Position numbers and translations under genes: made by a program | Notes under the pieces: generated by a model | Told to the model about the DNA's origin: nothing | The model's database searches: none | What the model saw: the letters and a program-made list of their open reading frames with translations, nothing else | Part shown: positions 9,963 through 19,467 of the stretch, one piece after another | How the letters are laid out: the number at the start of each line of letters is the position of its first letter | Position numbering within the stretch: position 1 is the first letter of the stretch | Origin: Gemmatimonadales bacterium | GTDB lineage: Bacteria; Gemmatimonadota; Gemmatimonadetes; Gemmatimonadales; GWC2-71-9 | Direction of reading: 5' to 3' | Length of the DNA: 64,000 nucleotides | NCBI GenBank assembly: GCA_037189525.1 | Contig: JBBCJC010000002.1 | Coordinates: 320,001 to 384,000, forward strand

Positions 9963-10018
9963 GGTGTGCACCCGTTCACTAGCCTCAAGCTAGCCTAGTA
10001 CACGGAACGGGTGCCACC
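9963..10018 (+). promoter_or_regulatory. Stem-loop downstream of the precursor gene
   Basis: GCACCCGTTC (9968-9977) pairs with GAACGGGTGC (10005-10014); extra ACTAG/CTAGT and GGTG/CACC pairing; no U tract. Confidence 0.6.
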
Positions 10019-10068
10019 AATGTCAGCCGAACCTGTCGCTGCCAGTGTAGGTCTGCACCGGAGACAAG

Positions 10069-11676
10069 ATGGTTTATCGTAAGAATCCTCACGAGACTGT
10101 TGGCTTGGTGTTGATCGCTTCTTGCGACGTTGATCCCTTACGCCAGGCCCTTCAGGTGGCTCTAGCACAGCGTGGAATCCGCTGCATCGTCGAGACGGCT
10201 ACGTGGGCCGCAGTGCAACCGGTCGACATGGCTACAAATCCCGAAGTACTACTACTACTCCCTTGGGATCTTGTCGCTGATCTTTCCTGGTGTCGCGGTG
10301 TCCCAGCCGATCCACCAGACCTCAGACAGCTTGAGTTGCGAATGGAAGAAGTCATCCAGTGGCTCGCAACACGGCACAACACCACGTTCGCGTATCTCCC
10401 TGCACCAATCCCACCGATTTGCGGCCGGGGACGCGACAATCGAATCCTAGCAAATACTCTCGTACGCGCCGTCAGCCGACTTTCGCCTATCGTATTGCCG
10501 TCAGAGATGTTCTCCTGCACCAGCTTATTCGATCATGGGTGCGCTATCGCCGATACAGCCCTTAGCACAGCCGCTGAGATACTCATTCGGACTGCAATGG
10601 CTGAATCGACAACTACGGCTAAGGTCCTTGTAACGGACTGTGATCATGTGCTGTGGAGTGGGGTAGTGGCGGAAGATGGTGTCGAAGGCATTTCATTTGG
10701 TCCTTGTGGGCAAGGATATCCCCATTTTGCCTACCAACGACTGCTAGTTCGACTGAAGCGTGACGGGATATTGCTCGCCGCGGTAACACGGAATGATCCC
10801 GAGGTAGTCGGTCCATTACTCGCAAGCGGTCGGTTGCAGCTCAACGACGGGGATTTTGTAGCAGGGATCGCCAGCCACGATGCTAAATCAGCACAGATCC
10901 GGCAGTTATCGGAACAGCTCGGACTGTCCTTGGATTCTTTTGTATTCGTCGACGATAATCCAGTGGAGCTGGCTGAAGTTGCCAGTGCACTTCCCAAGGT
11001 TCGGTGTCTTCAGTTCCCCGAGGACGTGCGCAACTTCCCCTCGTTTCTCGAGGAACTGGCTGGGCTATTCCCCAGAGGAATCAGGACCGCAGAGGATCGC
11101 GACCGAACCGCATACTACCGCCAGCGATTGGAGGGTGTACAACCGAGTCAACTGTCGGGGGCGGATCTCAGCCAATTTCTGCGGGGCTTGGAAATGCGAC
11201 TAACCGTCGAGAATCGAACGCACAGTGATTCCACAAGGGCGCTACAGCTCATCAATAAGACCAACGTATTCAACTTGAACGGCCATCGTTTTTCCGATCG
11301 CGAGATAACAGAGCTGCTTGTCAACGGAGGCCAGCTATGGACGGCAACGCTCGAGGACCGGACCGGCAATCACGGTGAAGTATTGGCATGCTTAACCGAT
11401 GGGGACAATGTGGTACGGTCTTTTGCAATGTCGTGTCGTGTTCTTCAGCGGCGAGTTGAGTATGCTTTCCTTGTCTGGTTCACGCGCCTTTCGAACGCAC
11501 CCCAGAAATGGCAGTTTGTTCCTACCGACCGGAACGAACCAATGCGGCGCTTCTTCGCTGACCCTGCCTTTAGGTCGTTAGGACCCGACGAGCCAATGCG
11601 GCTCGACACCAAAGCTTTTGCGACTACACACGCTGACGACCTAAGTTTATTCGATCTTCGTACCGTAGGAGTATGA
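10069..11676 (+). CDS. FkbH-like HAD-IIIC protein (glyceryl transferase/phosphatase family)
   Basis: KVLVTDCDHVLWSGVVAEDG, FVFVDDNPVE, QLINKTNVFNL, LEDRTGNHG, FAMSCRV. Confidence 0.9.
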   Translation: MVYRKNPHETVGLVLIASCDVDPLRQALQVALAQRGIRCIVETATWAAVQPVDMATNPEVLLLLPWDLVADLSWCRGVPADPPDLRQLELRMEEVIQWLATRHNTTFAYLPAPIPPICGRGRDNRILANTLVRAVSRLSPIVLPSEMFSCTSLFDHGCAIADTALSTAAEILIRTAMAESTTTAKVLVTDCDHVLWSGVVAEDGVEGISFGPCGQGYPHFAYQRLLVRLKRDGILLAAVTRNDPEVVGPLLASGRLQLNDGDFVAGIASHDAKSAQIRQLSEQLGLSLDSFVFVDDNPVELAEVASALPKVRCLQFPEDVRNFPSFLEELAGLFPRGIRTAEDRDRTAYYRQRLEGVQPSQLSGADLSQFLRGLEMRLTVENRTHSDSTRALQLINKTNVFNLNGHRFSDREITELLVNGGQLWTATLEDRTGNHGEVLACLTDGDNVVRSFAMSCRVLQRRVEYAFLVWFTRLSNAPQKWQFVPTDRNEPMRRFFADPAFRSLGPDEPMRLDTKAFATTHADDLSLFDLRTVGV

Positions 11677-11720
11677 ACTCATGAACTAGTCCATCCGCTA
11701 AAGCAGCAATCGAGTAAGCA

Positions 11721-14333
11721 ATGAAAAAAAACTTGTCACTTGATGCCATACGCGAATGGAACAGCATCTACTGGCCGACTCTGTCGCCCGATGGACAGTG
11801 GTTCGCTTGCTGCGTTGCACACGGCTCCGGCCTTACAACGTTGCTCGTTACAGGAACATCTACTCAATACAAATGGCGTCTCTCACTTAGCCTCAAGATC
11901 CCGAAGGCAGACCTCAAGACAGCGCCATTCAGCTTCTCGATGGACTCCCGCTGGCTCGTTGCAATTCACGCAGGTGGCGCCAAACTCATATCGATTAGCT
12001 CTGGCATCGTCCGTCAAATTGACGGTGCGACAAAAGTTGCTTTCAATAGTCCTTTATCGAGTTGGATTGCCGTAGAATACCGCAGCACTGTGAACGGCAA
12101 ATGTTCTCTGCTGCTATACAACCTCAGTACAGGCCATACCGTACGTATCGCAGAGGGGGTACGCGACTGGACTTTTAGGCCCGATGGCAGAGTGATCGCT
12201 TGGATTAAGAATTCCGAATCCGGTGCGGATCAGCTCATATGTCATAGCATGGGTACCGGCATCGAACAGGTTTTGTACCGAAGCACCCATGGCGAGCTCA
12301 CAAATCTTGGTTGGTCAACACTAGGGGAAAACGCTCTGATCGCGGTATCTCTGGGTCGGAGTACCGACCCAGGCCATGTCGTGGTCGCTAAGCGGATTCC
12401 ACTTAGAGCGTCGGACCCATCGGCTATCGTGTGTGTGGTACCGATTCCAGACGGAAAAATTGTTCCGACCCGCGACCTAATTGGACCACGCTTGGCCGCT
12501 GATGGTAAGCGGCTCATTATTCCATTGGCAACGCAAAACAGAACGTCTGACCGACAATCCCAACAGACCGAAAGGGTCGGAACCGGCGGGGTTACCTCCG
12601 ATAAAAACCCTATTGTCTGGCATTGGCGAGACCGTCAGTTACCCTCCCGACGCTGTAAAACACCGCCGGTACCGGATGTCATAGCGATCGTCTCGATCGA
12701 GGACGGTGTGACAGTATCGATCGAAGTTGGCACAGGGGCCGACCTCGTTTTGTTATCGGATGACAGGTATGCGATCTACAGCGATCACAGACCGTACGAA
12801 CGGGAAACCAGTATGTGTGGGCTCGTCTATCGAGACCTCTATATTGTTAACACACACACAGGTGACCGCCGACGCATCGAAACCCGGCTGCCTAATGTAG
12901 CCCATTGTGATACAGATCTCCCCTCGCCCGACGGTCGGCTCTTTCTGTACTGGAATGGTGCGACCGGTGAGTACATCGTGCTCGACGCGGCCACGGGTAG
13001 CGTTCGCGATATCACTCGCGGAATGTCCGTGAGTTTCGTAGACGATGATTGCGACTACAACGTCCCCTTTCCACCGATTCCGCCCGTGGGCTGGTGCACG
13101 AATAGTCGAGCGGTTGTGCTATGTGACGGATGGGACCTTTGGATTGTACCGATCGGCGAAGGAAAGCCAAGTCGGCTGACACCATCCGGACGAGAGACGA
13201 GTATCAGGTATCGTCGTGTCACACAGGCGGGCCAAAGCCGAGGCAACATCGATCTGAATCGGGACGTCTTTGTCCATATGTATGGGGAGCAGTCGAAACG
13301 CGAGGGGATTGCCCGGATTACTTGCAATAGTGACAATGGATTTCACGTCTTGCTCTGGGACAATGCGAAAATTTGGTGGACACACGCACTACAGGCCGAG
13401 ACTTTAGCGTATAGCCGCCAAACGTTTGTATGCTGTCCAGACTGGTTCGTTGTCGGCACAGATCATCGTTTGACGAATATCAATCCACAGCAAGCAGACT
13501 ACAACTGGTCCCCTGGAACTCGGCTGATCAACTATACGGATGCCTACGGAAAACACCTTCAAGCGGCTCTCTTCTTACCAAGCAACTATCAAGCCGGTGC
13601 AAAGTACCCTACTATTGTCTCCATATACGAGAAGCTATCGGGAACGTTGCACCGCTATGAACCACCAGACCTAGCTCGCATCGTCAATACCAGCATCTAC
13701 ACCAGTTGCGGCTATGCAGTCCTTCACCCCGATATCCGTTATATCATTGGTGAGCCTGGGCTCTCTGCAACCGAATGTGTGGTACGAGGGACTGAGGCCG
13801 CGATACAAACTGGAATCGTCGACCCAGACCGGATCGGCCTCTTCGGTCATTGCTGGGGCGGTTACCAAGCCGCAGCGATTGCGGCCAACTCCTCGTTATT
13901 CAGAGCGGTTGCCGTTAGCGGCGGTATTACAGATCTGGTGACAATGTACTATTCTGTATACTGGAAAACTGGTGAGTCAAACCAGGCTCTTATGTTGGCC
14001 AATCAAGGACGAATGGCGGGACCGTTTTTCGAGCATCCGAGCGCCTTTGTCCGTAATTCGCCACTGTTTGTTGCCGATCGCATCAATTCACCGATGTTGA
14101 TTCTTCATGGCGACAACGATGACGTAGTAGATTTTAACCAAGCGGTTACACTGTACAATGCGTTGCGGCAGTTGGGGCGTCAGGTCGTACTGATACAGTA
14201 TCCTGATGAAGGGCACTCGTTGCGATACCCACGAAACCAACACGACGCCATAGGCCGAGTCCGAGATTTCTTTGATTCGATGCTACAAGATACCACACCG
14301 CCCACATGGCTCGACGTAGGGGTTTCTCGCTAA
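11721..14333 (+). CDS. S9 (prolyl oligopeptidase family) peptidase, candidate lasso isopeptidase, Cys at nucleophile position
   Basis: Beta-propeller repeats (SPDG), GLFGHCWGGY, HGDNDDVV, PDEGH; no signal peptide. Confidence 0.85.
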   Translation: MKKNLSLDAIREWNSIYWPTLSPDGQWFACCVAHGSGLTTLLVTGTSTQYKWRLSLSLKIPKADLKTAPFSFSMDSRWLVAIHAGGAKLISISSGIVRQIDGATKVAFNSPLSSWIAVEYRSTVNGKCSLLLYNLSTGHTVRIAEGVRDWTFRPDGRVIAWIKNSESGADQLICHSMGTGIEQVLYRSTHGELTNLGWSTLGENALIAVSLGRSTDPGHVVVAKRIPLRASDPSAIVCVVPIPDGKIVPTRDLIGPRLAADGKRLIIPLATQNRTSDRQSQQTERVGTGGVTSDKNPIVWHWRDRQLPSRRCKTPPVPDVIAIVSIEDGVTVSIEVGTGADLVLLSDDRYAIYSDHRPYERETSMCGLVYRDLYIVNTHTGDRRRIETRLPNVAHCDTDLPSPDGRLFLYWNGATGEYIVLDAATGSVRDITRGMSVSFVDDDCDYNVPFPPIPPVGWCTNSRAVVLCDGWDLWIVPIGEGKPSRLTPSGRETSIRYRRVTQAGQSRGNIDLNRDVFVHMYGEQSKREGIARITCNSDNGFHVLLWDNAKIWWTHALQAETLAYSRQTFVCCPDWFVVGTDHRLTNINPQQADYNWSPGTRLINYTDAYGKHLQAALFLPSNYQAGAKYPTIVSIYEKLSGTLHRYEPPDLARIVNTSIYTSCGYAVLHPDIRYIIGEPGLSATECVVRGTEAAIQTGIVDPDRIGLFGHCWGGYQAAAIAANSSLFRAVAVSGGITDLVTMYYSVYWKTGESNQALMLANQGRMAGPFFEHPSAFVRNSPLFVADRINSPMLILHGDNDDVVDFNQAVTLYNALRQLGRQVVLIQYPDEGHSLRYPRNQHDAIGRVRDFFDSMLQDTTPPTWLDVGVSR

Positions 14334-14366
14334 ATTGCCGCACGGTGGCAGAGGATCGAGGATCCA

Positions 14367-16790
14367 ATGATCTCCCTAGTGCATGACGTCCGTCAGGCAG
14401 TTCGCAACATCCGCAATCACCCCGGCTTCGCGAGTCTAGCCGTTCTGGCTCTCGCACTCGGTATAGGCGCTGCTACGACTATCTTCAGCGTCCTCCAGCA
14501 TGTCCTTTTCAAGCCATTCCCCTATACTGATGCAGAACGTATAGTCGTTGTTCAAGTCCGGCGGTCAGATGCCGATCGTCGCAGCTGGCGCTCAGCCTTT
14601 CCGATCGCGGAGTTCCGCGAGTATGCCACACAGAGCGCCGTCTTCGCTGAGGTCGCAGCCGATGCTGTGGATGAGGTGCTGTTTGATACGTCGGAAGGCA
14701 TAGAGCATCTGCGTGGTGCGCTCGTGTCTGGCAACCTGTTTGCTTTTCTCGGCGTCCATCCTGTCCTAGGTAGGGGCATAGCGCCAGATGATGCGGCACC
14801 CGGGGCACCGGCTGTTTTCGTCATTAGCAATCGAATGTGGCGGGCACGGTTTGGCTCCGACCCTTCGGTCGTCGGGCAAACCTATGCGCTAAACGGAATG
14901 CCGACGGTACTGGTCGGCATCATGCCACCTCAATTCGCTCACCTGGACGCAGACCTCTGGCGGCCGGTGTCGCTCGATCAGCCGAGCCGTGATGCAGGTA
15001 GTCGTTTCTACAATCTGAAGGCGCGCCTCGCTCCCGGAGTAAGCACTACTGCTGCCGAGGCCCACCTGCAGTCGATCGCCACCAGAATCGCACCAGTCTT
15101 TCCGAGAATCTATCCGGAAGGCTATCGTGTGCACGTCGTCCGGTGGATCGACAGCGTAGTAGGCCCATTTCGCGCTACACTCTACATACTTGCTGCCGCC
15201 GTTGCAGTCCTCCTATTGATTGCCTGTGCCAACGTCGCCAATATGCTCTTAGCGCGTGCCAGTACGCGCGAAGGCGAACTGGCTATACGCGCCTCTCTCG
15301 GCGCCAGCCGGAGCGCTCTCGTCAGACAGCTCCTGATCGAGAGCTCGCTGTTGGCTGCGGCTGGAGCCCTCATCGGCGTCCTGGCAGCGGTCTTGGGTGT
15401 TACCTTCCTGGTGCGCATCCTTCCCGATCAGCTAATCCCTCCCGAGGCAACTATACGGATCAATCTCCCGGTGCTTGTCTTTGGCATCGTGCTCGCCTTC
15501 AGCACAGTACTCATCTTCGGCCTAGTACCCGCGTTACGGACCGCACATCGCGATCTCGTTTCATCCGTCCCGTCGGCAGCGCGCAGCACCAGTACAAAGA
15601 GCCAGACCACGCTCAGCAGTATGCTCGTAGTCGCCCAAGTTGCGTTAGCGCTCGTTCTTGCAGTCGGGGCCGGTCTTCTCATCCGTACGTTTGTCAATGT
15701 ACGAAACGTTCAGCTCGGCTTCGACCCAGCAAACACGTTGGCACTAACAGTTCGTTTGCCGTCGAATGGCTCACCACTATCCGGTTCGCTGCTTGTCGGT
15801 CAAATTCTTGACAGATTACGGACTGTTCCCGCTGTGACGGCAGCGACAGTCACAAACGGGATCCCCGGATACGGCGGTCTGCGGACTGAGGTCGAAGTTC
15901 CAGGCCAGCCCACGGTTGAGCCAGGTACCATGTCACTCGTTCAATTCTCAAGCGAGGATCTCGCCAGCGTGCTTCGCCTCCCGATCCTGCGAGGTCGTTT
16001 TTTGTCACGAGACGATATCACCGCTGGTCGGCGGGTAGCCGTTGTCAACGAGGCACTGGCACAACGGTATTTTGGTCATACGGACATCGTTGGGCGCTCG
16101 GTGCGCTTGAACATACTCGCGCTCCTGGCTGGCAATGCGGCGGACACGACAAGTTTCGAAGTGGTCGGCATTACCGCAGATGCTAAGAATCACGGGATCC
16201 AAGAGCCGGCAATTCCGGAGTCGTTCGTTCCATACTCACTCGCAAGCCTACCAAATTATGTACTGCTGATCCGAACTTCTGGATCACAGTTGGCGCCGTT
16301 TGACATCACCCGACAGCTGCGAACTGTCGACCGCGGCATCGTAGTCACTGAGAACCGGCGGCTTATCGAGTACCTACAAAAGTTCTCGTACTCCGAACCT
16401 CGTTTCGGCGTCGCCGTCCTCGGTATGTTTGCTAGTACTGCCCTTATCCTGGTGGCTCTTGGAGTGTATGGCGTGGTTGGGTATACGACCTCACGCCGAA
16501 CTCGAGAATTCGGCATCCGGCTTGCTCTTGGTGCGACGCCGGCGACCATTCAAAGACATGTGATCGGCCGTTCCCTCCGCCTAGTTGGGTTTGGTCTCGT
16601 ATTCGGGCTAATCGCCGCATTTGCAGTTACCCAACTCATCAGAAGTCAACTCTGGGGTGTACCGCCACGGGATCCCATGACCTTAGCCATTGCCGTCAGC
16701 GTGGTACTCATCGTGGGAATTGTAGCATGCTGGGCCCCCGCACGCCGGGCAACAAGTATTGATCCGACCGTTACGATGCGGAGCGAATAA
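14367..16790 (+). CDS. Duplicated MacB/FtsX-type ABC permease (ADOP-like)
   Basis: LALGIGAATTIFS, LLIACANVANMLLARA, RRTREFGIRLALGA, PARRATSIDP. Confidence 0.92.
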   Translation: MISLVHDVRQAVRNIRNHPGFASLAVLALALGIGAATTIFSVLQHVLFKPFPYTDAERIVVVQVRRSDADRRSWRSAFPIAEFREYATQSAVFAEVAADAVDEVLFDTSEGIEHLRGALVSGNLFAFLGVHPVLGRGIAPDDAAPGAPAVFVISNRMWRARFGSDPSVVGQTYALNGMPTVLVGIMPPQFAHLDADLWRPVSLDQPSRDAGSRFYNLKARLAPGVSTTAAEAHLQSIATRIAPVFPRIYPEGYRVHVVRWIDSVVGPFRATLYILAAAVAVLLLIACANVANMLLARASTREGELAIRASLGASRSALVRQLLIESSLLAAAGALIGVLAAVLGVTFLVRILPDQLIPPEATIRINLPVLVFGIVLAFSTVLIFGLVPALRTAHRDLVSSVPSAARSTSTKSQTTLSSMLVVAQVALALVLAVGAGLLIRTFVNVRNVQLGFDPANTLALTVRLPSNGSPLSGSLLVGQILDRLRTVPAVTAATVTNGIPGYGGLRTEVEVPGQPTVEPGTMSLVQFSSEDLASVLRLPILRGRFLSRDDITAGRRVAVVNEALAQRYFGHTDIVGRSVRLNILALLAGNAADTTSFEVVGITADAKNHGIQEPAIPESFVPYSLASLPNYVLLIRTSGSQLAPFDITRQLRTVDRGIVVTENRRLIEYLQKFSYSEPRFGVAVLGMFASTALILVALGVYGVVGYTTSRRTREFGIRLALGATPATIQRHVIGRSLRLVGFGLVFGLIAAFAVTQLIRSQLWGVPPRDPMTLAIAVSVVLIVGIVACWAPARRATSIDPTVTMRSE

Positions 16791-16830
16791 ATCTTCGGTC
16801 GTGCGGATCATCACTATTGTCAACGAAAAT

Positions 16831-17865
16831 TCATCGGGCCTTGTGGCCTGGCCCGACCGTAGCTCGATGTTCGATCGACGATCGCTCCTTTCGAAGCGAG
16901 ATTCCGTAACGCTGTAGCTCCTTGAAGAAGGTCGTACGGCCCAAGCCGAGAGCTAGTGCCGTACGCTCAGCATTCCAACTATTTGCAGCACAAAAGTCAA
17001 GAAGGCGGCCCCGCATCGTAACAGGTAGTGGTGTTTGTCGAGGCGCAACGCCACTTGGCATGTGAATTACCGCTGTCCCAAGTCCGAGGGATTCGGCCAC
17101 GACCCGACCATCGAGAACTCTCTCATCGGCGAGAAAGACAGCCCGCTCGATCGTACTCCAGAGTTCGCGCACGTTCCCTGGCCACCGGTGCCCGAGCAAC
17201 ACAGGTTCTGCACTTGGCGCCAGCTCGGCACCAGCCGGCGTAGCGAAATAACGGGCCAACAATATGACATCGCCCCAACGCTGGTCGAGAGGCAGCAGCG
17301 TAAGTACCGCACCAACTACCCGCTGCATCAGATCATATCGGACCAACCCATCGGCGACCTTATTACCCACATTCTCCTGGACTGCTGCGATGACGCGGAA
17401 GCGGCTTTGCCGCTTGGTTGTCTCGCCGACTCTACGGAAATTCTTGTTGTCCAAGACTCGAAGAAGCTTGCCCTGCGATTCATAAGGCATACTGCAAAGC
17501 TCATCGAGAAACAGGGTACCATTGTTCGCATCCTCGATCAAGCCAGATACACTTTCGATTGCACCGCTGAACGCCCCTTTGCGATGACCATATAGGGTGC
17601 CCTCGACAAGTTCGCGCGGGATGGCCGCGCAGTTCACATCAACGAGAGCGCCAGGCCGCCCACTCCATTGATGGATTTCCCTTGCAAACAACTCTTTCCC
17701 TGTTCCTGTAGCGCCGATGAGCAGAATCGGCAGGTCGCTTTTGGCAAAGCGTCTCGCATTTGCGACAGCATGTCGTATTTCTGGGGACGTTCCGAGTATC
17801 GTCGTTTCGGCAACTTCCCCGGCAACCTCGCCCGAAATCTCTACATCGCGAGCAGCATGCCGCAA
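16831..17865 (-). CDS. Sigma-54-dependent activator (AAA+ plus Fis HTH), no N-terminal sensor domain; start uncertain
   Basis: GATGTGKE, VNCAAIP, GAFSGA, LFLDEL, WPGNVREL, TALALGLGRTTFFKEL. Confidence 0.9.
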   Translation of the reverse strand: MRHAARDVEISGEVAGEVAETTILGTSPEIRHAVANARRFAKSDLPILLIGATGTGKELFAREIHQWSGRPGALVDVNCAAIPRELVEGTLYGHRKGAFSGAIESVSGLIEDANNGTLFLDELCSMPYESQGKLLRVLDNKNFRRVGETTKRQSRFRVIAAVQENVGNKVADGLVRYDLMQRVVGAVLTLLPLDQRWGDVILLARYFATPAGAELAPSAEPVLLGHRWPGNVRELWSTIERAVFLADERVLDGRVVAESLGLGTAVIHMPSGVAPRQTPLPVTMRGRLLDFCAANSWNAERTALALGLGRTTFFKELQRYGISLRKERSSIEHRATVGPGHKAR

Positions 17866-18517
17866 CCTGGAACGTTTTCTTGACGACCGTTCCAGACATG
17901 GCGCTCATCACTTTTTGACTAACTCGGGAGGTTGCGGTTCGGTGATCGTTTCCACATCGTCGTCCCTTCTGATGATGGTCGGCGCCAGAAAAAAATACGA
18001 ACGTTGTCTCGATCGACCGACTGTGTATGCCACCGAGCTACGCCCCTCTCGTTGGTAGGAAATGGGGAAACACCTAGTGGTCGGTCAGGACGACTTGGGC
18101 CGCGACGGCATCCTACGTTATGATTCCGTCTGGATCATAGCGTAGGACGCTGTACAACATATCGACGGACCTGAGCCCACCTCCACTTCGACCAGTATTT
18201 GTGTTACCTAGTCTAGGTGGTATTCAATCCGTAGACTTTGTCTGGATCGCATCCTCGATGGCTTTCCCCCGCGACGAGTCGTCTTCCCACTCTCCGCGAG
18301 ACCTTCTAGTAGGCGAGATACTCCTGCCGGAAAATGTCGTGCAGGCAAGACGTACATAACGCGTAAGACATGGGTTTTACTCGAGGGAACCCCAAAGACT
18401 GGAGTGCGGGTGGCGGGCCAGTGACGAAAGCACCAAACGCCATTGTACGACAACGGGTTAGCTCGCGGGGTGCGAGACTTAAAGTTGTAAATGGTTTCAC
18501 TTATGCTAGAGCAGTCG

Positions 18518-19467
18518 CTATCGATCTTTACGGACGTCCGTGGGCGCTTCGGCGAGGAGCTTGTAAAGCGACGGTCGCGAGATACCCATCAGGCGCCCAG
18601 CCTTGGCTTTGTTGCCATCTGTGGAGCGCATCATCTCTTGGGCTTCCTGGTGCTTGGTTTGACGCGCCTTCGCTTGTACTCAAATCGGCTTGGGAATATC
18701 GGATACTTGGATGGGACGTGGACTCCGCAGTCTGCTAGCGATGTACTGACAAACTGACCGGAGTTGTCTCATGTTTCCGGGCCACGGCGCTGTGCCAAGG
18801 ATCGCAGCAGCAGCAGCAGCAGACAGTACCGGCACAAAGTCGCGCCCCAGCTCGACGAATGCCTCCTGCAAGTACGCTGTCGCGAGTGGGTACTATTTCC
18901 CGATGGCGGTCACGCAGCGACGGCAGGGAACTGTAAGGCACTCCGCACGATAGAACAGTTCTTCGAAAAACAGGCCTTCTGGGAACGGGCTGCCAGATCC
19001 ACCGAGGTCGCGCAGATGATTCGGACATCAACTTTGCGCGGATGGCTATCGCCGATTCGTCGAATGAAGCCGGTCTCGAGAATGCCAAGGAGAGTTTGTT
19101 GAAAGCGATGTGATGCGTGTCCCAGCTCATCGAGGAGCAACGTCCCGGTATGTGCCTGTTCGACTAGGCCAACACGATCGTGATGGGCGCCTGTATATGC
19201 CCCTTTCGTTGAGCCGAGCAACTCTGCTTGCCGAAGTTCATCCGGAATGGACGTGACCGAAAGTTCCACAAAAGGGCTCGCCACGCGGGGTGATATCCGG
19301 TGTATATACCTCGCAAGCGTACTCTTCCCGGTACCCGTCGGACCAAGAATGAGTATTGGATAGGGTGTTTCCGCCAGATCCCTCACAAGGTGGTCAACCG
19401 TTGGGTGGGGTACAAGCTTCGCCTGTGTGCTCATGATACCAGCTTCCACGTCTTGATATGGGTACAC
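18518..19467 (-). pseudogene. Degraded sigma-54-dependent activator
   Basis: GPTGTGKS, GAYTGA, LLLDEL, then frame changes through ELFYR / LPSLRDR / WPGNMRQL, in-frame TGA at 18680-18682, then HTH GNKAKAGRLMGISRPSLYKLL ending at 18518. Confidence 0.85.

Noticed and set aside
10247..10260. Short (CTA)n run in the FkbH-like gene as a phase-variable tract
   Set aside because: Trinucleotide, in frame and short; it just encodes a Leu run.
17972..18058. Short plus-strand peptide MMVGARKKYERCLDRPTVYATELRPSRW as a second precursor
   Set aside because: KKY resembles a leader start, but there is no core with an acceptor residue and no RBS.
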